Source: Amoebidium appalachense
Taxonomy: Eukaryota; Protista; Ichthyosporea
Direction: 5' to 3'
NCBI GenBank assembly: GCA_963693365.1
Contig: CAVNZM010000012.1
Location: 6,398,889 to 6,462,888, forward strand
Length of the DNA stretch: 64,000 nt
Shown: in pieces, positions 14,120 through 26,660 of the stretch
Layout of the letters: every line of letters begins with the position of its first letter
Numbering within the stretch: the first letter of the stretch is position 1
The notes under the pieces: generated by a model
Database searches by the model: none
Told to the model about the DNA's origin: nothing
The model's input: only the letters and a program-made list of their open reading frames with translations
Made by a program: the position numbers and the translations under genes

Positions 14120-15521
14120 CGGTGCCCAGTGAGCACCAGGCGGTGGAGGTGGAGTGGACTTGGACGCATCACAAAGCAACGTATTGTTGTGGACCATTCA
14201 AAATATATCTTTCCCCACGAACTAAACTGTTGAAATGCACGAATAATGCTTAGTATATTAATCGGGGTGTCGTGTATCTGTGTCAGACTCTGTACATATC
14301 TATGGGGCCCATGTAGTGTCAACGGATTGGGCGGAGGTAGCGGCCAACAAAGCGCGATAGATACCGCGATATTAGTCATCCTGTGCTTCAAAACACTGAT
14401 AATACTAATATGCTGATCATATTTGCGTGTTCTCAGAAAAGCTCTTTGAATTTTTAAACGGGTATTCGGAGGGGGTAGTAAATTGCACGAGGGAGATGAG
14501 GGGTGGGGATAGTGTGTGTGTATGTGTGTGTGTGTGTGTGGGGGGGGGGGGGGGGACAACCCAAAAAAGAACATGTTTTAGTCTGTATATATTGGACAAC
14601 AACTAATAAACATGATGGCATTGGTACTTTCTCTACATATATCCACTGATCATCATAGTATCCAAGAAAAAAAGAAAGAGTTTGGTCCCCCGGGGCCCTG
14701 CCGGACTTATTAGTTCCCCCAACCGGCAGAGCGGCAACCCGGACTCGGCAATGTGATACTGGAGGATTTTTTTAAACACTGGTTACATCACCATTTGAAT
14801 TTACAATTTTTATTACAAATCGGCATGTCTGCACTTCTTTCTAATACTTTGGAATCAGGCCTTTGTTTTGATTGGTAAGACATTCAAATGCATGATTGGT
14901 TGCGATGAAACGCAACCATGTGGATGGGTCAATTTGATTGGGTAATTGCTTATGATCAATACAATACGGTATTTCTTGTACATGTAGATTTCTAATTATT
15001 ATCAGCGATCGGTTAATGTTCGAACACAGTGTGGGGACACTGAAATTTCTGCCTTTTTTGGAAATGGATTGGCGTGTGAGTTTTATGATATATAGCCGGT
15101 GTGTTGAAAAGTGATTCAATAGGTGCACATGAGGTGAATGGATCAAAGTTTTTCCCGTTTCCTTTTCTTTCTTTCTTTTTCTTTCTTTTTTTGGCCTCTC
15201 TCTTCCCCGTTTTTTTTTGGCTTGCATGGTGGGATCATAATTTGTCTCAGGTTCCGCCCGTCACGTGGTACGTATTGTAATTATGTGTACAAGTGTGTAC
15301 ATCATACGGTACTAGTGTACATCGTACGGTACACATGTGTGAGTGAGTGAGTACTAGTGACTGTGTCTGTGGGTGGTGGCGATGGTGTGCACGTGGAAGA
15401 CCGGTGACTTTAAATTTATACGTGTTTGCACCACCGTTATATTTTTGTGTTGAGAAAAACAACATCAATTCAATCCCTCGAGCTCCTGTGCTAAATCGTG
15501 TGTACGTGTGTGTGTGTGTGT

Positions 15522-15565
<44 letters not shown>

Positions 15566-15568
<3 letters not shown>

Positions 15569-15814
15569 AAAAAATCTATTTACAAATATTAAATAGGAAT
15601 TGCGTACATTTGTGGTGAAAATAACAAAGAATTGTATGTTACTAGAGTATGCAGAAGACATGGACATTCTATCTCTATTCTATTAAGACAGCATTAATAG
15701 AATAGAGATAGAATGTCCATGTCTTCTGCATACTCTAGTAACATACAATTCTTTGTTATTTTCACCACAAATGTACGCAATTCCTATTTAATATTTGTAA
15801 ATAGATTTTTTAAA
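15566..15814. repeat. Perfect inverted repeat (hairpin): 121-bp arms, 7-nt loop
   Basis: Arm 15566-15686 (TTTAAAAAATCTATT...CTATTCTATTAA) is the exact reverse complement of 15694-15814. Loop is GACAGCA. Flanking (GT)n on the left and (AC)n on the right extend the stem. Confidence 0.95.
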
Positions 15815-16294
15815 TGTACACACACACACACACACGCACACACACACACACATGTACACACACACACACACACACAATGCGTGCACTTGTGTGTGTGTTT
15901 TTATGTAATACGTCTGTACGTGTGTACCGCATAGGTAGTATGCATGCGCACGTGTGTACGGCCACAAGTCACGGTACTTGTACAACGTACGTGTGTACGT
16001 GTGTACGCGTGTGTTTCATAGATCACTAGAGCCGAAGACAGCATGTGAGATAGACAGCTCCCATTACCGGTGGTGAGATTATCAAAGGAAAAGCCTCGTG
16101 ATTCAAGTGTGCGAACACAAACACTGACATACGGTAGCTGCGCTTGCCCGAGCCGCTTATAAGATTACATGTGGCCGCACGTAAGATCACAGGTGGCCGC
16201 ATGTAAGATCTCTTTCAGCCAATGAAATGCGTCCCCGCCAAAACCCCGAGTCCCCGACAGGAGGCCGCCACTCCAAGTGAAGTTGAGTTGCACT

Positions 16295-16825
16295 CGAACA
16301 CAACAAAACACCCTTCAAGCAAGCACTTTGCAACAAAACACCCTTCAACCAAGCACTTTGCAACAAAGCACCTTCAACCAAGCAAGTATTTTGTAACAAA
16401 ACACCTATAACCAAGCAAGCAATTTGTAACAAAACACCCTAAACCAAGCAGCAACCACTTTGCAACAACACCTTCAACCAGGCAAGCAATTTGCAACAAA
16501 ACATCTTCAACCAAGCACCCAATCTGTAACAAAACACGCAAGCACTTTGCAGCAAAACACCTTAAACCAAGCAAGCAATTTGTAACAAAACACCGTTCAA
16601 ACAAGCAAGCACTTTGCAACAAAACACCGTTCAAACAAGCAAGCACTTTGCAACAAAACACTATTCAACCAAGCAGCAAGTACTTTGCAATCAAAACACT
16701 CTTCAACCAAGCACTTTGCAACTAACACCCTTCAGCCAAGCAAGCACTTTGCAACTAACACCCTTTAACCAACCAAGCACTCGCAACGAAACAAGCTTCA
16801 ACCAAGCACTTCGCAACAACACACA
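16295..16825. repeat. Degenerate ~30-34 bp minisatellite, about 15 copies, just upstream of the BTB gene
   Basis: Unit approximately CAAGCACTTTGCAACAAAACACCCTTCAAC, repeated head-to-tail with small indels. Confidence 0.9.
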
Positions 16826-16888
16826 AATACACGGGCAAGCGCGTCCCAATCACGTCTCCACAGGGCAACGCCCATTTCTTTCTGGAAA

Positions 16889-17944
16889 ATGACGGCGCGG
16901 GCCACAGACCAGATTCTGGCTGCTGGGGAGGCGCTCGAAGTGGAGGATGCGTCTCTGTGTGCGCGGATATGTGAGGTGACACGTGGCCTGCAGGAACGAG
17001 AGAAGGCTGTCGAAGAAAAAGAGAAGAGGGTGGAGGAAGAGAGGCGCCAGCTTGCCGAGGAAAGGTGCGAACAATGCCCCACTAACCCACACGTGTGCAC
17101 GCACACAAACATGCTCGTTAGATGCAAGCCCATTCTCTTTCACATCTGCGCATGCACAAAACACACGCGCACACTCGATTCAAACACACACTCGTGCTTC
17201 CAGTCCACAAATACAAGGCATCTATCTGTTCATGCGCCGACAATATCTATATGATGCTATGCATTGGCATAGTCCTGCCTGTTTTGCTCTTGTCTATTTT
17301 TGTTTGTGCTACCCTCTCTCGTTTTCACTTCGCGCACCCCCCTTGCCCTACTTGCTTCATAAGAGGAAACGTGCAAAGTGCGGGTCACCCAGCTGCATGA
17401 GCGCATCTCAGGCACACACGCACATTAACAAGCAGGACTTTAGTGTTCTTTAAGCTGCCCCGAGTGCACGGCCACACACACGTTTCCTCACACAAATACC
17501 AACACACACACGGGGTTCTCCCTGCCTTCCCCTCTCTCTTCTTGCCTCTTACTCTCCCTCTCCATGTCCCTCTCTCTCCTCGTCCCCCTCTTCCTCTCAA
17601 TATCAACTTCCCCTTCCCTTCCTATAACCTTTCCCGCACCCTCGCCCTTGTCTCTCTCGCCCTCTACTCCATCCTCCCCCCCTCCCCCCCCCCCCCCCCC
17701 CACTCCTTTATCCTCCTCCCGCTACCACATCCCCCCCCCCCCCCCCCCCGCCCGCCAGCCGCCGGCCGTCATTCCGTCCTTCCCTCCCTCCCTTCCCTCC
17801 CTTCCCTCCCCCCTCTCCCCTTCTCCCTTAAGTTTATACAACACCTCTTCCGTATCCCCTTCTCCTATCCTCAAACACACACACACACACTCCTTTATCC
17901 TCCTCCTGCTACCACCTCCCTCTCCCCCCCCCTCGGCCGTCATT

Positions 17945-17977
<33 letters not shown>

Positions 17978-18197
17978 TCTCCCTTACAATTTTACAGCAC
18001 ATCTTCCGTATCCTCTTCTCCTATCCTCTCCCTTCCTGCCTTCATACTTTCAGGGATGGGCCTCCACTTGCCGGAGTAAGGAAAGTAGGAAATTCCTACA
18101 ACTGAAAATGTGATGCTAAGTGTTGCTGGGTGGGGTTGGTAGGTGACGGACTAAGAGTTCAGTCAAGCTGCATCCGTCCGGTCTCCCCTTCCCTCCC

Positions 18198-18233
<36 letters not shown>

Positions 18234-20019
18234 CCCCGCCCCGCCCCTCCTCTTATTCCCTGCCCCCCCCTTTTCCCCTCTCCCCAACACCCACACATAC
18301 ACAGACACACCTGGCAAACAACACAGAAAATGCACATATATTCAACTCCCCTCCCCCTTCCCTCCGCCCCCTTAGAGCCTCCCCCCCCCCCCCCCCCCTA
18401 CTCCCCCTTTCTCTTTTCACACATATGTAATAAACATACTTACACCTTACCATGCTCGCGCGCGCGCACAAACACACACACACACACACACACACACTGC
18501 CTATCCTGCAGAGCCCAGTTTGCCGCCGAGTGCAAATCCGTCGGCGCAATCAACGCACAATCCACAGACCGCATCCTCTTGGATGTCGGGGGCAAAACAT
18601 TCGCCACCACCCGCCAAACAATGTGCGCACACCCAGACTCTATGCTCACCGCATGGTTTAGCGGCCGGCACGTCATCCAAACAGGCGCCGATGGGTCAGT
18701 GTTCGTCGACCGCAAGCCAGAGTTGTTCGAATACGTGTTGGACTATCGCGTATGGGGGGCGTTGGGTGTTCTGCGGTGATGAGGGCGCATATGCGAGGGA
18801 GAGGTTGATGGAGGAATTTGAGTATTTTGGGCTCCCCTGGCTGGAAAAAAAAAACGCCAACAGAAAACCATCATCATACTTTCCGGGGAGATTTGGAGTG
18901 TTTCGTGATCGAACCCGAGCCTGAGTATGAAGCGGCCGAAATCGATGTTGAGGACATGTCCATAGGCGGGGACTTTGTGCTGTGTAAAATGACAGATTAC
19001 GGGGAGGAAGAAACCACAGGTTTAACGAGAACCCTTGCCACACTTTGGGACACGAGGACGGGGAAGCAGGTGGAAGAATGGACACAATATGAGAAAGAAT
19101 ATGGAGAGGCAGAAGAGTTTTGTTTGGATACCACCGGGAGATACGTTGCGGCATCTTACATTCCTGATGAAAGCGCTTCGTCTAGCAGGCGAATTGTGGT
19201 TTACAGCACCGAAGAGAAGGCGAATGTGTGGAGCATCACGGATGAACAGAAAGTCACGGACATGGCGTTTGCGGATGATATGCTAATCATGATTGACGGT
19301 AACTGCAAAGTGTCGGCCTGGAAATTTTCAACGGACCAGATAGTCTGGACGAAAAAATATCCCATGGCCAAAAAAACTATGTACCAATGTGGGACGAAAA
19401 TATACCCGCGCACAATGCACGAGGCTTTTGCTGCTTTCTGCGGTGGCTTCGAGCCCCATATCATGGTTGCAGACATAAATACGGGCAGCAAGTTGTATTC
19501 GGTAGCAAACGTCGATATAACGTGCACCCGGAGCCCGAAGTATGGTAGTAAGTTGGCATTTGCAATGTGGTTGGAGGGGAAAGAGCTGACCGTTGTGAAG
19601 GTAGATACCTCAGAGGAGAACTCCACCGGGGCAAGCGTTTCTCGGTCGGGTTCGGACGGTGAGTGTCTGTCACGGAACAAAAGCCTGTATGTTGCCGGTC
19701 AGTCAATAAGACACGGCTATCGCTTTCTTCAACTTATCGGACACGATACCTTGGCTGTGATTGATCGCGATTTGGGCGTACAGATGTTTCCGATCAAACA
19801 TGGCGAGGACACTTCGAAATCCACGGAGGGGTTTGCGGTTCTGATGCACGATTATAAGCGTCTCGGGATGTGGTGGGAGAAAAGCGAAAAAAATATGCCA
19901 TTAATGGCAATATGGTGGCGGTACTGGGGAAAGACCAGGCGGTGATGGTGTGGAGGGGGGAGAGCGCAAGAACTAGAAGACGCAGGTATCAGAATGAACG
20001 AGTGCATGTGATTGGATAA
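16889..20019 (+). pseudogene. Coiled-coil + KCTD-type BTB (T1) + WD40/beta-propeller-like protein, frameshifted (pseudogene or assembly errors)
   Basis: Exon 1 16889-17064 (coiled coil QEREKAVEEKEKRVEEERRQL) splices in phase to 18512. BTB: ILLDVGGKTFATTRQTMCAHPDSMLTAWFSG..VFVDRKPELFEYVLDY, continuing in another frame as ..ARERLMEEFEYFGLP. A second shift at the A10 run 18845-18854 enters a beta-strand repeat region (LWDTRTGK, VSAWKF, ADINTGSKLY). A probable third shift at ~19860-19893 gives AINGNMVAVLGKDQAVMVW..* ending 20019. Confidence 0.75.
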
Positions 20020-21181
20020 CACAACACTATCTCTGACTTGTCGCACGTAGTATGACGCTTTCAGTTATCGGGCATTTAACAAAATAATTAATATCGATGT
20101 TCATTTTCTGGGACATTGCTAGATAACATGTGGGATTGTTTCATGTGTTCTATGAATGATTTGACTCGTGCACATATGCCATAGGCATATATAAGATCGA
20201 CAGCCCGTACACGTGTTTTTATGGTTCAACATGATTGATTGGCCCCTTTCTCTCTCGCTCCCCCCCCCCCCCCCTATTTTGCCCTCATCTCTTCCCTATG
20301 TTTTGGGCCCCGTGGGTGGGTTTTGTGTCTGTGTGTGTGTAGGTTGGTGGCTGGGTGTAGTTGTGCCGTTGTGGTGGCGAATCCAAAACTATTCTTTGTT
20401 TTTCATTTACACGCTTAATTTTTTGGCCGTCCATATGCATCCCCTGGGCCACCGGGATAAAGGTGGAGACAGATTTAGGGACTTTGTACGTATGAAGGTC
20501 CTTACATGCAAATTGATTGAAACTCTTGAGCTCCGTGGTTCATAGATTGTACTGCTTTTGAACGCTGACATATGTTGACAATGTAAGGGATAGACTTAGA
20601 GTGGGTACAGGCGGTGGTTGTGGTGCCGTGTGTGTGTGTGTGTGTGTGTGTGGGAGGGGCGGGCGCGGGAGGGGGGGGGAGGGGGGGGGTGGTTAGGATT
20701 TGATGTTTCGGCCCGGTTTCTAAGACAACGTACATATGTGATGCATAATATCACCCATAGCATTGATGGGGGAGGTTATCGGTAATACTGCACTGAAAAT
20801 ATTCAAACACTTCTGTGCATCAGCTAGCTGATGTACAGAAGGACACTGCTTAAGCTGCTTACGATGATTAAACAGTTGGGCACCGTTTATAACTGGATAT
20901 CGGTACCTTCCACACACAACGTGTAGATCTGTGTGCATGATTGTGTGCAAAAGTGCGCGCACTGTGCATGTCATCATGATGTACACACGCACATGTGTGT
21001 GCGAGTGTGTGTGTATGTACTGTATACGTGTACATTGTGTGTGTGCGAGTGTGCGCGTGGTAGTGTGCGTGTGTGAGTGTGTTACACACCCACACACCCA
21101 AAAATGCAAACCCCCCCCCCCCCCCCCCCCCCAAAACTACTTGTAAACAGAGAGGTAGAGCCTCATCGAGGCCCAACACAC

Positions 21182-21256
<75 letters not shown>

Positions 21257-22239
21257 ACCCACACACAGCCAGCATGCCCCGACTGCAGGCACGACCACAG
21301 GCACACACAGGTGTGCAAACCGCGGCTATTAAATTACTACACCGTAGCCACACACCACGTTCATAACCACATCCTGTTAGGAAGCATGCTCCCACCACCA
21401 GACCCCACCATACACCACACCCACCGTAAACACCACCAACACCACATCCTACATTCCACCACGGTAGATGAACCAATGAGAGCCCGGGTTTAAAGTTTTA
21501 TTCGTGGGTTTTGAGTGGAGGGGAAACCTGGTGCTACCCACCGGCGAGGCTGGGTTGAAAACCCGGGGATAAGTGTGTGCGAATAGTTCGGATTGGTGAT
21601 GGTGTGTTAGCTTAGCCTGATGGCACCAGAGCACCCTAGAGCGCTCTAGCTAGAGTATAGTGGGTGCTGGGTGAGAAAAAATGGTTCCTCTGCGGGATCC
21701 TGAAGGACCCTCCGGGAACAAAATGGGATATTTAAAAAAAAAATAAAAAAAAATGGTGTTAGTATGTGGCATGTGTATCTTCGTGTGTGCTTACATGCTC
21801 GCGGCAGGTGCGCACGTACGGATGGGTAAAGGTGGTGTCTACTAAAATGTGAGTGAAATGGTCATAGACAAACCCAACGGGAACAGGGAAAACAGGAACT
21901 ACTCTATTCTGCCAAGACAAACCTTATTTTATTAATAATTCAAGAGACACGGCTGCCATTAAACATGGGAGGGTGCATGGGAGGTTGATTGCAGCCGGCT
22001 GCCTGTTTTCTCTGTAGGGTTGAAACATCAACAACAATACCAACAGTTGCTATTTACTACCGTACTCTTTCATGGCCAATCCATGGACCCAGAAGCTACG
22101 GAGGATACTCTTCCCACTGCACGTTATTTCTAGCCATCAGCATTCCACTAGGACTTTCCCCCTCTCACTGGTGTTACAGCCATAAATTATGCTCGCAGCC
22201 ATGCTCTTTTTTGTGTATTTGCAAGCGCCGCACCCACCT

Positions 22240-22702
22240 GCGTGGGCATGCATCTATACGGGGTATGTGCCACTGTGCGTGTGCGATGCGTGTTTATGTG
22301 CATATACAACATGGGTGCACACACGCTCGTGTGTGTGCGTGTACATACATGTGCGCGTATGTGCGCGTGTGCGTGTGCATGTTTGCGTGTGTGTGTGTGC
22401 GCGCGCGCGCACGCACGCGCGCGTGTGTGTGTGCTTTGTGCGCATTTTTTTTGTCTGGGGAGGGACTCCCGGTAGGGAGGAGGGGAATGGGGAGGGGGGT
22501 TGAGCTCGAGGGACTGAAGACTGACTGTGTCACTTTGGCCCGGCGGAAAGGGGGGGGAGGGGGGGGGGGGGGGGGGGGGAAGAGGGGGGGGGGGGGGGGG
22601 GGGGGTGTTGAAGACTGTTGCAGGATTTTTCGTGAGAAAACGCTTGGGGCCGACTACCACACACTTGAAAAGCTTATGGCAAAATTTAAAATGAAGAGGT
22701 AG

Positions 22703-22742
<40 letters not shown>

Positions 22743-23248
22743 ACCCACCCACCCACCCAAACACACACCACAGACACACACACGCTGGTTCTCGAGGGGT
22801 CTTTCTGCATGCATGCATCTTATTCTCTCTCTCTCCTCAGGCCCTTTCTCTCCTTGTGTTCCCCCCCGTCCCCCCCCCCCCCCCCCTCCCCAAACCCCCC
22901 CCTCCCCCCCCCGTCCTCCCCATTCATAAACTTACCCATCCGCCTTTCAGGGTCTAAACAGCTCTTTCTGCTACACACAGCCTCTCTTTCTTATTATTTC
23001 TTCCGTTGGCTTTCGAATGCATCATATTTGGTACGGCTGATGTAGAGGCATAGAGTTAAGTTTACTATACATTGCCAATATTGTGCTTCTTCTTCTTCTT
23101 CTTTTTTTTTTTTTTTTTTTTTTTTTTTTGGTGGTGGGGGGGGGGGGGGGGGGGGGGGGGGGGAGGGGGGGAGGGGGGTAGATGTGTGTGTGTGCGTGTG
23201 TGCGTGTGTGTGCGTGTGTGTGCGTGTGTGTGTGCGTGTGTGTGTGCG

Positions 23249-23342
<94 letters not shown>

Positions 23343-23540
23343 TGCCCACTAACATCTGCATGTGTGTTTAATTGCATACACGTTTCACACAGCCTGGTTT
23401 CGGGTGGGCGGGTTTTTGCAGATTACCTACAACTCAAACTTCTAGAATTCGCCTCCCATCTGTTTAGAAACCAGGCTGTGAAATTATTATTGCACCCTAC
23501 CTAGTAGTGTCTGCGAAAAGCTTCGTGTGCTGGTAATGCC
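22240..23540 (+). pseudogene. Decayed partial duplicate of the HNH-like gene (intron 2-like sequence, exon 5 with flanks, traces of exon 6/3' region)
   Basis: 22624-22698 reads IFREKTLGADYHTLEKLMA, a copy of exon 5 (11758-11824) with an 8-nt frameshifting insertion and the same AG/GTAGCC splice sites. Flanks match too: GGACTGAAGACTGACTGTG upstream; GCATCTTA..CTCTCTCCTCAGGC and GCATCATA.TTGGTAC.GCTGATGT downstream. Confidence 0.8.
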
Positions 23541-24537
23541 GCTTATGTTTGAAAACTGTCCCTGAATATAGTTGACAAGTCCAAAAACCCCAAGGATAAA
23601 TTATAAATAAAATTCTTCTCAAGGCTTCCGGCGCCCCTAACTATGGTCACTCCACCCAGTCCACCGGCGCTTGACGTCGGGACTCCGAGTCCGAAGGTCA
23701 ACCCAACGTTTCATACCCTGTGCATGCCATTGCCGGGTAACTTGGGGACGTGTAAACCAATAAAATTACGTCAAATCAGAGACTCAAATGTGATTGGTTC
23801 ATGGATTGTGCGGCTTAGCAGTGGCTATATTGAATTACGGCGCATTTCCATTGGCTATTTCTTTTGCCAACAGATAGCTATAGATGCGGCTGATTTTGGG
23901 GGCTCAGTACTTTTTAATTGAACTTCATTCTAAACAAATTTCTAACAAGCATGAATTCATAACTGATAATTATCATGTATGTTTTATGATACTTATTTAT
24001 GGCTTTAACACTTAGGGTTTTTTTTTAGGCTTTATATTTCTGATAAACCTAGCCCAAATAAATCAAAGTTGCTGTAATACTGTATGATGGTTGTAAACTC
24101 ATCGCAAATTCGCAATGATGCTTCTCTTTTGATGAGCACATCAATAAAGTCATTATAAAAAAAAATTATGCTAGACCGCGGCGCTTTTTGCTGTTGATTG
24201 AGGTTTGGGGTGATAAACTGATTTGCATTCCACAGAGCTTGATTGGTGTTCCGTGTTCCTCGAGTCTGGTATAGAAAGCAAGTCTGCCCTCACTCAACAC
24301 GTCAGTTTTTCTGTTTGTTGGTGTTGGTTTGCGCGCATATAGGGATTGTAATATTCACAGCTCTCTTTCACGTCGTGAGGGTTTGTGTAGGCAAAATACG
24401 TATAGAGAATTTTTCACGGTACAATTTTATTCTGCCACATTCTCCCGTACCCATCATATATTATTTTTTAGCACACTCCCAGTGGCACCCACACACTTTG
24501 TTTTTTGCCGAGTCCGTCCATCATATTCAATATCATA

Positions 24538-25041
24538 ATGGCCACTCCCATCACTCTTGCTAAGGTCTCACCCAGAGCTATCCGTGCCGCCATGACGCTG
24601 CACGCACTCCAAACACAAGCAGCTGCAGCCGCCAGCAGCAGGGCACGAGGCCTCTCCTCCACCACTCAGCATAAAAATACGCCCCTATCCATCCTTGCTC
24701 CGGCTCCCAAGCCAACACCCTACATCGAGGGTGCACATGCAAACAGTTGCGGCCAACTGCGCACCATTCAGTCAGAGTGGCTCGATGCCCGCATGGGAAA
24801 AATGCAAGCAGACAACGAGGAAAATGCTTGTGTCAGCACCCCCTTTACCAGTGTGCATGTTACTGTTGCAGTAGAGGCATTGATGAGGGCCCATCCCTCG
24901 CTGCAGCAACACACAGTGTCTGCCATCTCCTTCAAGTATGAGCAGCTCCGCTCCAGGCTACCGGCAGACCTGTTCGCGCAACTGCTGCTGGAAAACCCCG
25001 TTGAGGCACTCACGCCGAGCGGCTACAAGCGCCTGTGCTAG
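24538..25041 (+). CDS. Single-exon hypothetical protein (167 aa) with a probable mitochondrial presequence
   Basis: Repeat-free, GC-rich ORF MATPITLAKVSPRAIRAAMTLHALQTQAAAAASSRARGLSSTT... in AT-richer flanks. The first ~60 aa are Ala/Arg/Ser/Thr-rich with no acidic residues. CCAAT-like motifs lie upstream (23757-23860). No family recognised. Confidence 0.6.
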   Translation: MATPITLAKVSPRAIRAAMTLHALQTQAAAAASSRARGLSSTTQHKNTPLSILAPAPKPTPYIEGAHANSCGQLRTIQSEWLDARMGKMQADNEENACVSTPFTSVHVTVAVEALMRAHPSLQQHTVSAISFKYEQLRSRLPADLFAQLLLENPVEALTPSGYKRLC

Positions 25042-26520
25042 GTGTAGAAGAAGTTTATGTTCCTGATCAAGCATGTGCACGTTACAGTACCGGTTCGGTG
25101 CAGGTCGGCTGCCAGTTTGAAGCTGCTTACACGTAAAAAAAATTGCCTGGCGAATGGTTGGCCAGGCTTATCACATGTACGTATTTTATAATTATGCATT
25201 TGGTGAGAGGTAGTATACTGTAATTACCACATCTACAAAGTGTAAATGGTTATGTTATATATGACATAGTAGAATGTGGCTATTCATTTTACACGGACCC
25301 GGGGGCAGTGTATGTACATGCCTATTTTAAAGACTTTTCGTTTTGGTCGTTTTCTAGAATTTGAACTAAGCAGTGTACTTATTATGATTTAGAAGCACCA
25401 TGAACAAAATGTTTGAATGTTTGTATGAGCTACCATCCACATCATGATATGCATCATTAAAGTTGATTATCAGCACCGAAGTTCAATGTGCATGTACCGG
25501 ATATGTGCGCGCTGCCCACCCGGGGGCGAGGTTAAACACTTTTTTACAAAGGTTTTTGTTTCTTGCCACGAGGGTAGAATTAATACCGTGAAAGAATATT
25601 AGTTAGTCAAGAGTTAAAGTAATTTTACTCGGAATCGCGATCAAATGCTGTACAGTCTACCATGGTGCAAAACAAGAGTATGTGCTACAATAAAGTTGCA
25701 CATCATCGCGGCCACAAAGAAGAATAGCCTTAACATATCTATAGGGTTATTGCAATTGAATGGATCATTGCGGCGGCAAAGGGAGGGGGGGGGGAGGATC
25801 CGGAGGGGGGGGGAGGGGGGAGGGGGAGAAGAAGGAATGGGCGTAAGGGAGAAGGAGGAGGACGGCGGGGAGAAGGAGGGGGGAGGGGGTTGGGGGGGGG
25901 GGGGGGGGGGGGGGAGAGCGGGGGAAGGGAGGCGGGGAGGCGGGCTGGTTTCAGTAGTCTACATAGCTAGGTTCTGACAGACTCTCTTTTGGTGTTCAAA
26001 AGCCTCCTTAGCTTGGGCTCGTAGGGATGTGTGTCTTGGCCGACAGCTCTGGTGCTTGTGCCCTAGTAGACAAATAGCTACGTAGCGAGCCAGGCATGTA
26101 CATGTTGGCAAATATTCAGCAGTTAATCATACTACATTATAATTATGTGGTTAGATGTGCCATTTACATTTAGACACAAACACCAACTAATAGAAAACAA
26201 TTTATCACTGAGCCACCGTAAAAAGAAAACGGCCATCCGTTAAGAATAATTCCCGGCACAAGAGTACACCTGGCAAATTAAACGTCCACCCGGCACACAC
26301 ATCAAACTTACATTCCCTGAATACAGTATACATGTAATCGTGCAGAAACGCACGTGTTTGGGCCGTTGGGTGCGCGTGTCCTCTACCACATACACATACT
26401 CTGTAGCAGTGTGTGTTTGTGTGTGTGTGTACGTCACAGTGTGTGTGTGTGTGTGTGTGCGTGTGTGTGTGTGCGTGTGTGCGTGTGTGCGTGCGTGTGT
26501 GCGTGTGTGCGTGTGTGTGT

Positions 26521-26660
26521 GCGGGCGGGCGGGCGGGGGGCGGGGCGGGCGGGGCGGGGCGGGCGGGCGGGGCGGGCGGGCGGGGGGCGGGCGGGGCGGG
26601 CGGGCGGGGCGGGCGGGCGGGCGGGCGGGCGGGCGGGCGGGCAGGCGGGCGGGCGGGCGT
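26521..26660. repeat. (GGGC)n / (GGGGC)n repeat with G-quadruplex potential
   Basis: About 140 nt of GGGCGGGCGGGGC embedded between (GT)/(GTGC) repeats. Confidence 0.9.

Noticed and set aside
16295-16825. Possible CRISPR array or decapeptide-repeat protein (KHFATKHPST)
   Set aside because: Units are contiguous and degenerate, with no unique spacers and no cas genes. Indels break every frame.
20720-20910. Exon-like minus-strand frame (YRYPVINGAQLFNHRKQLKQC..)
   Set aside because: No recognisable motif and no partner exons; insufficient support.
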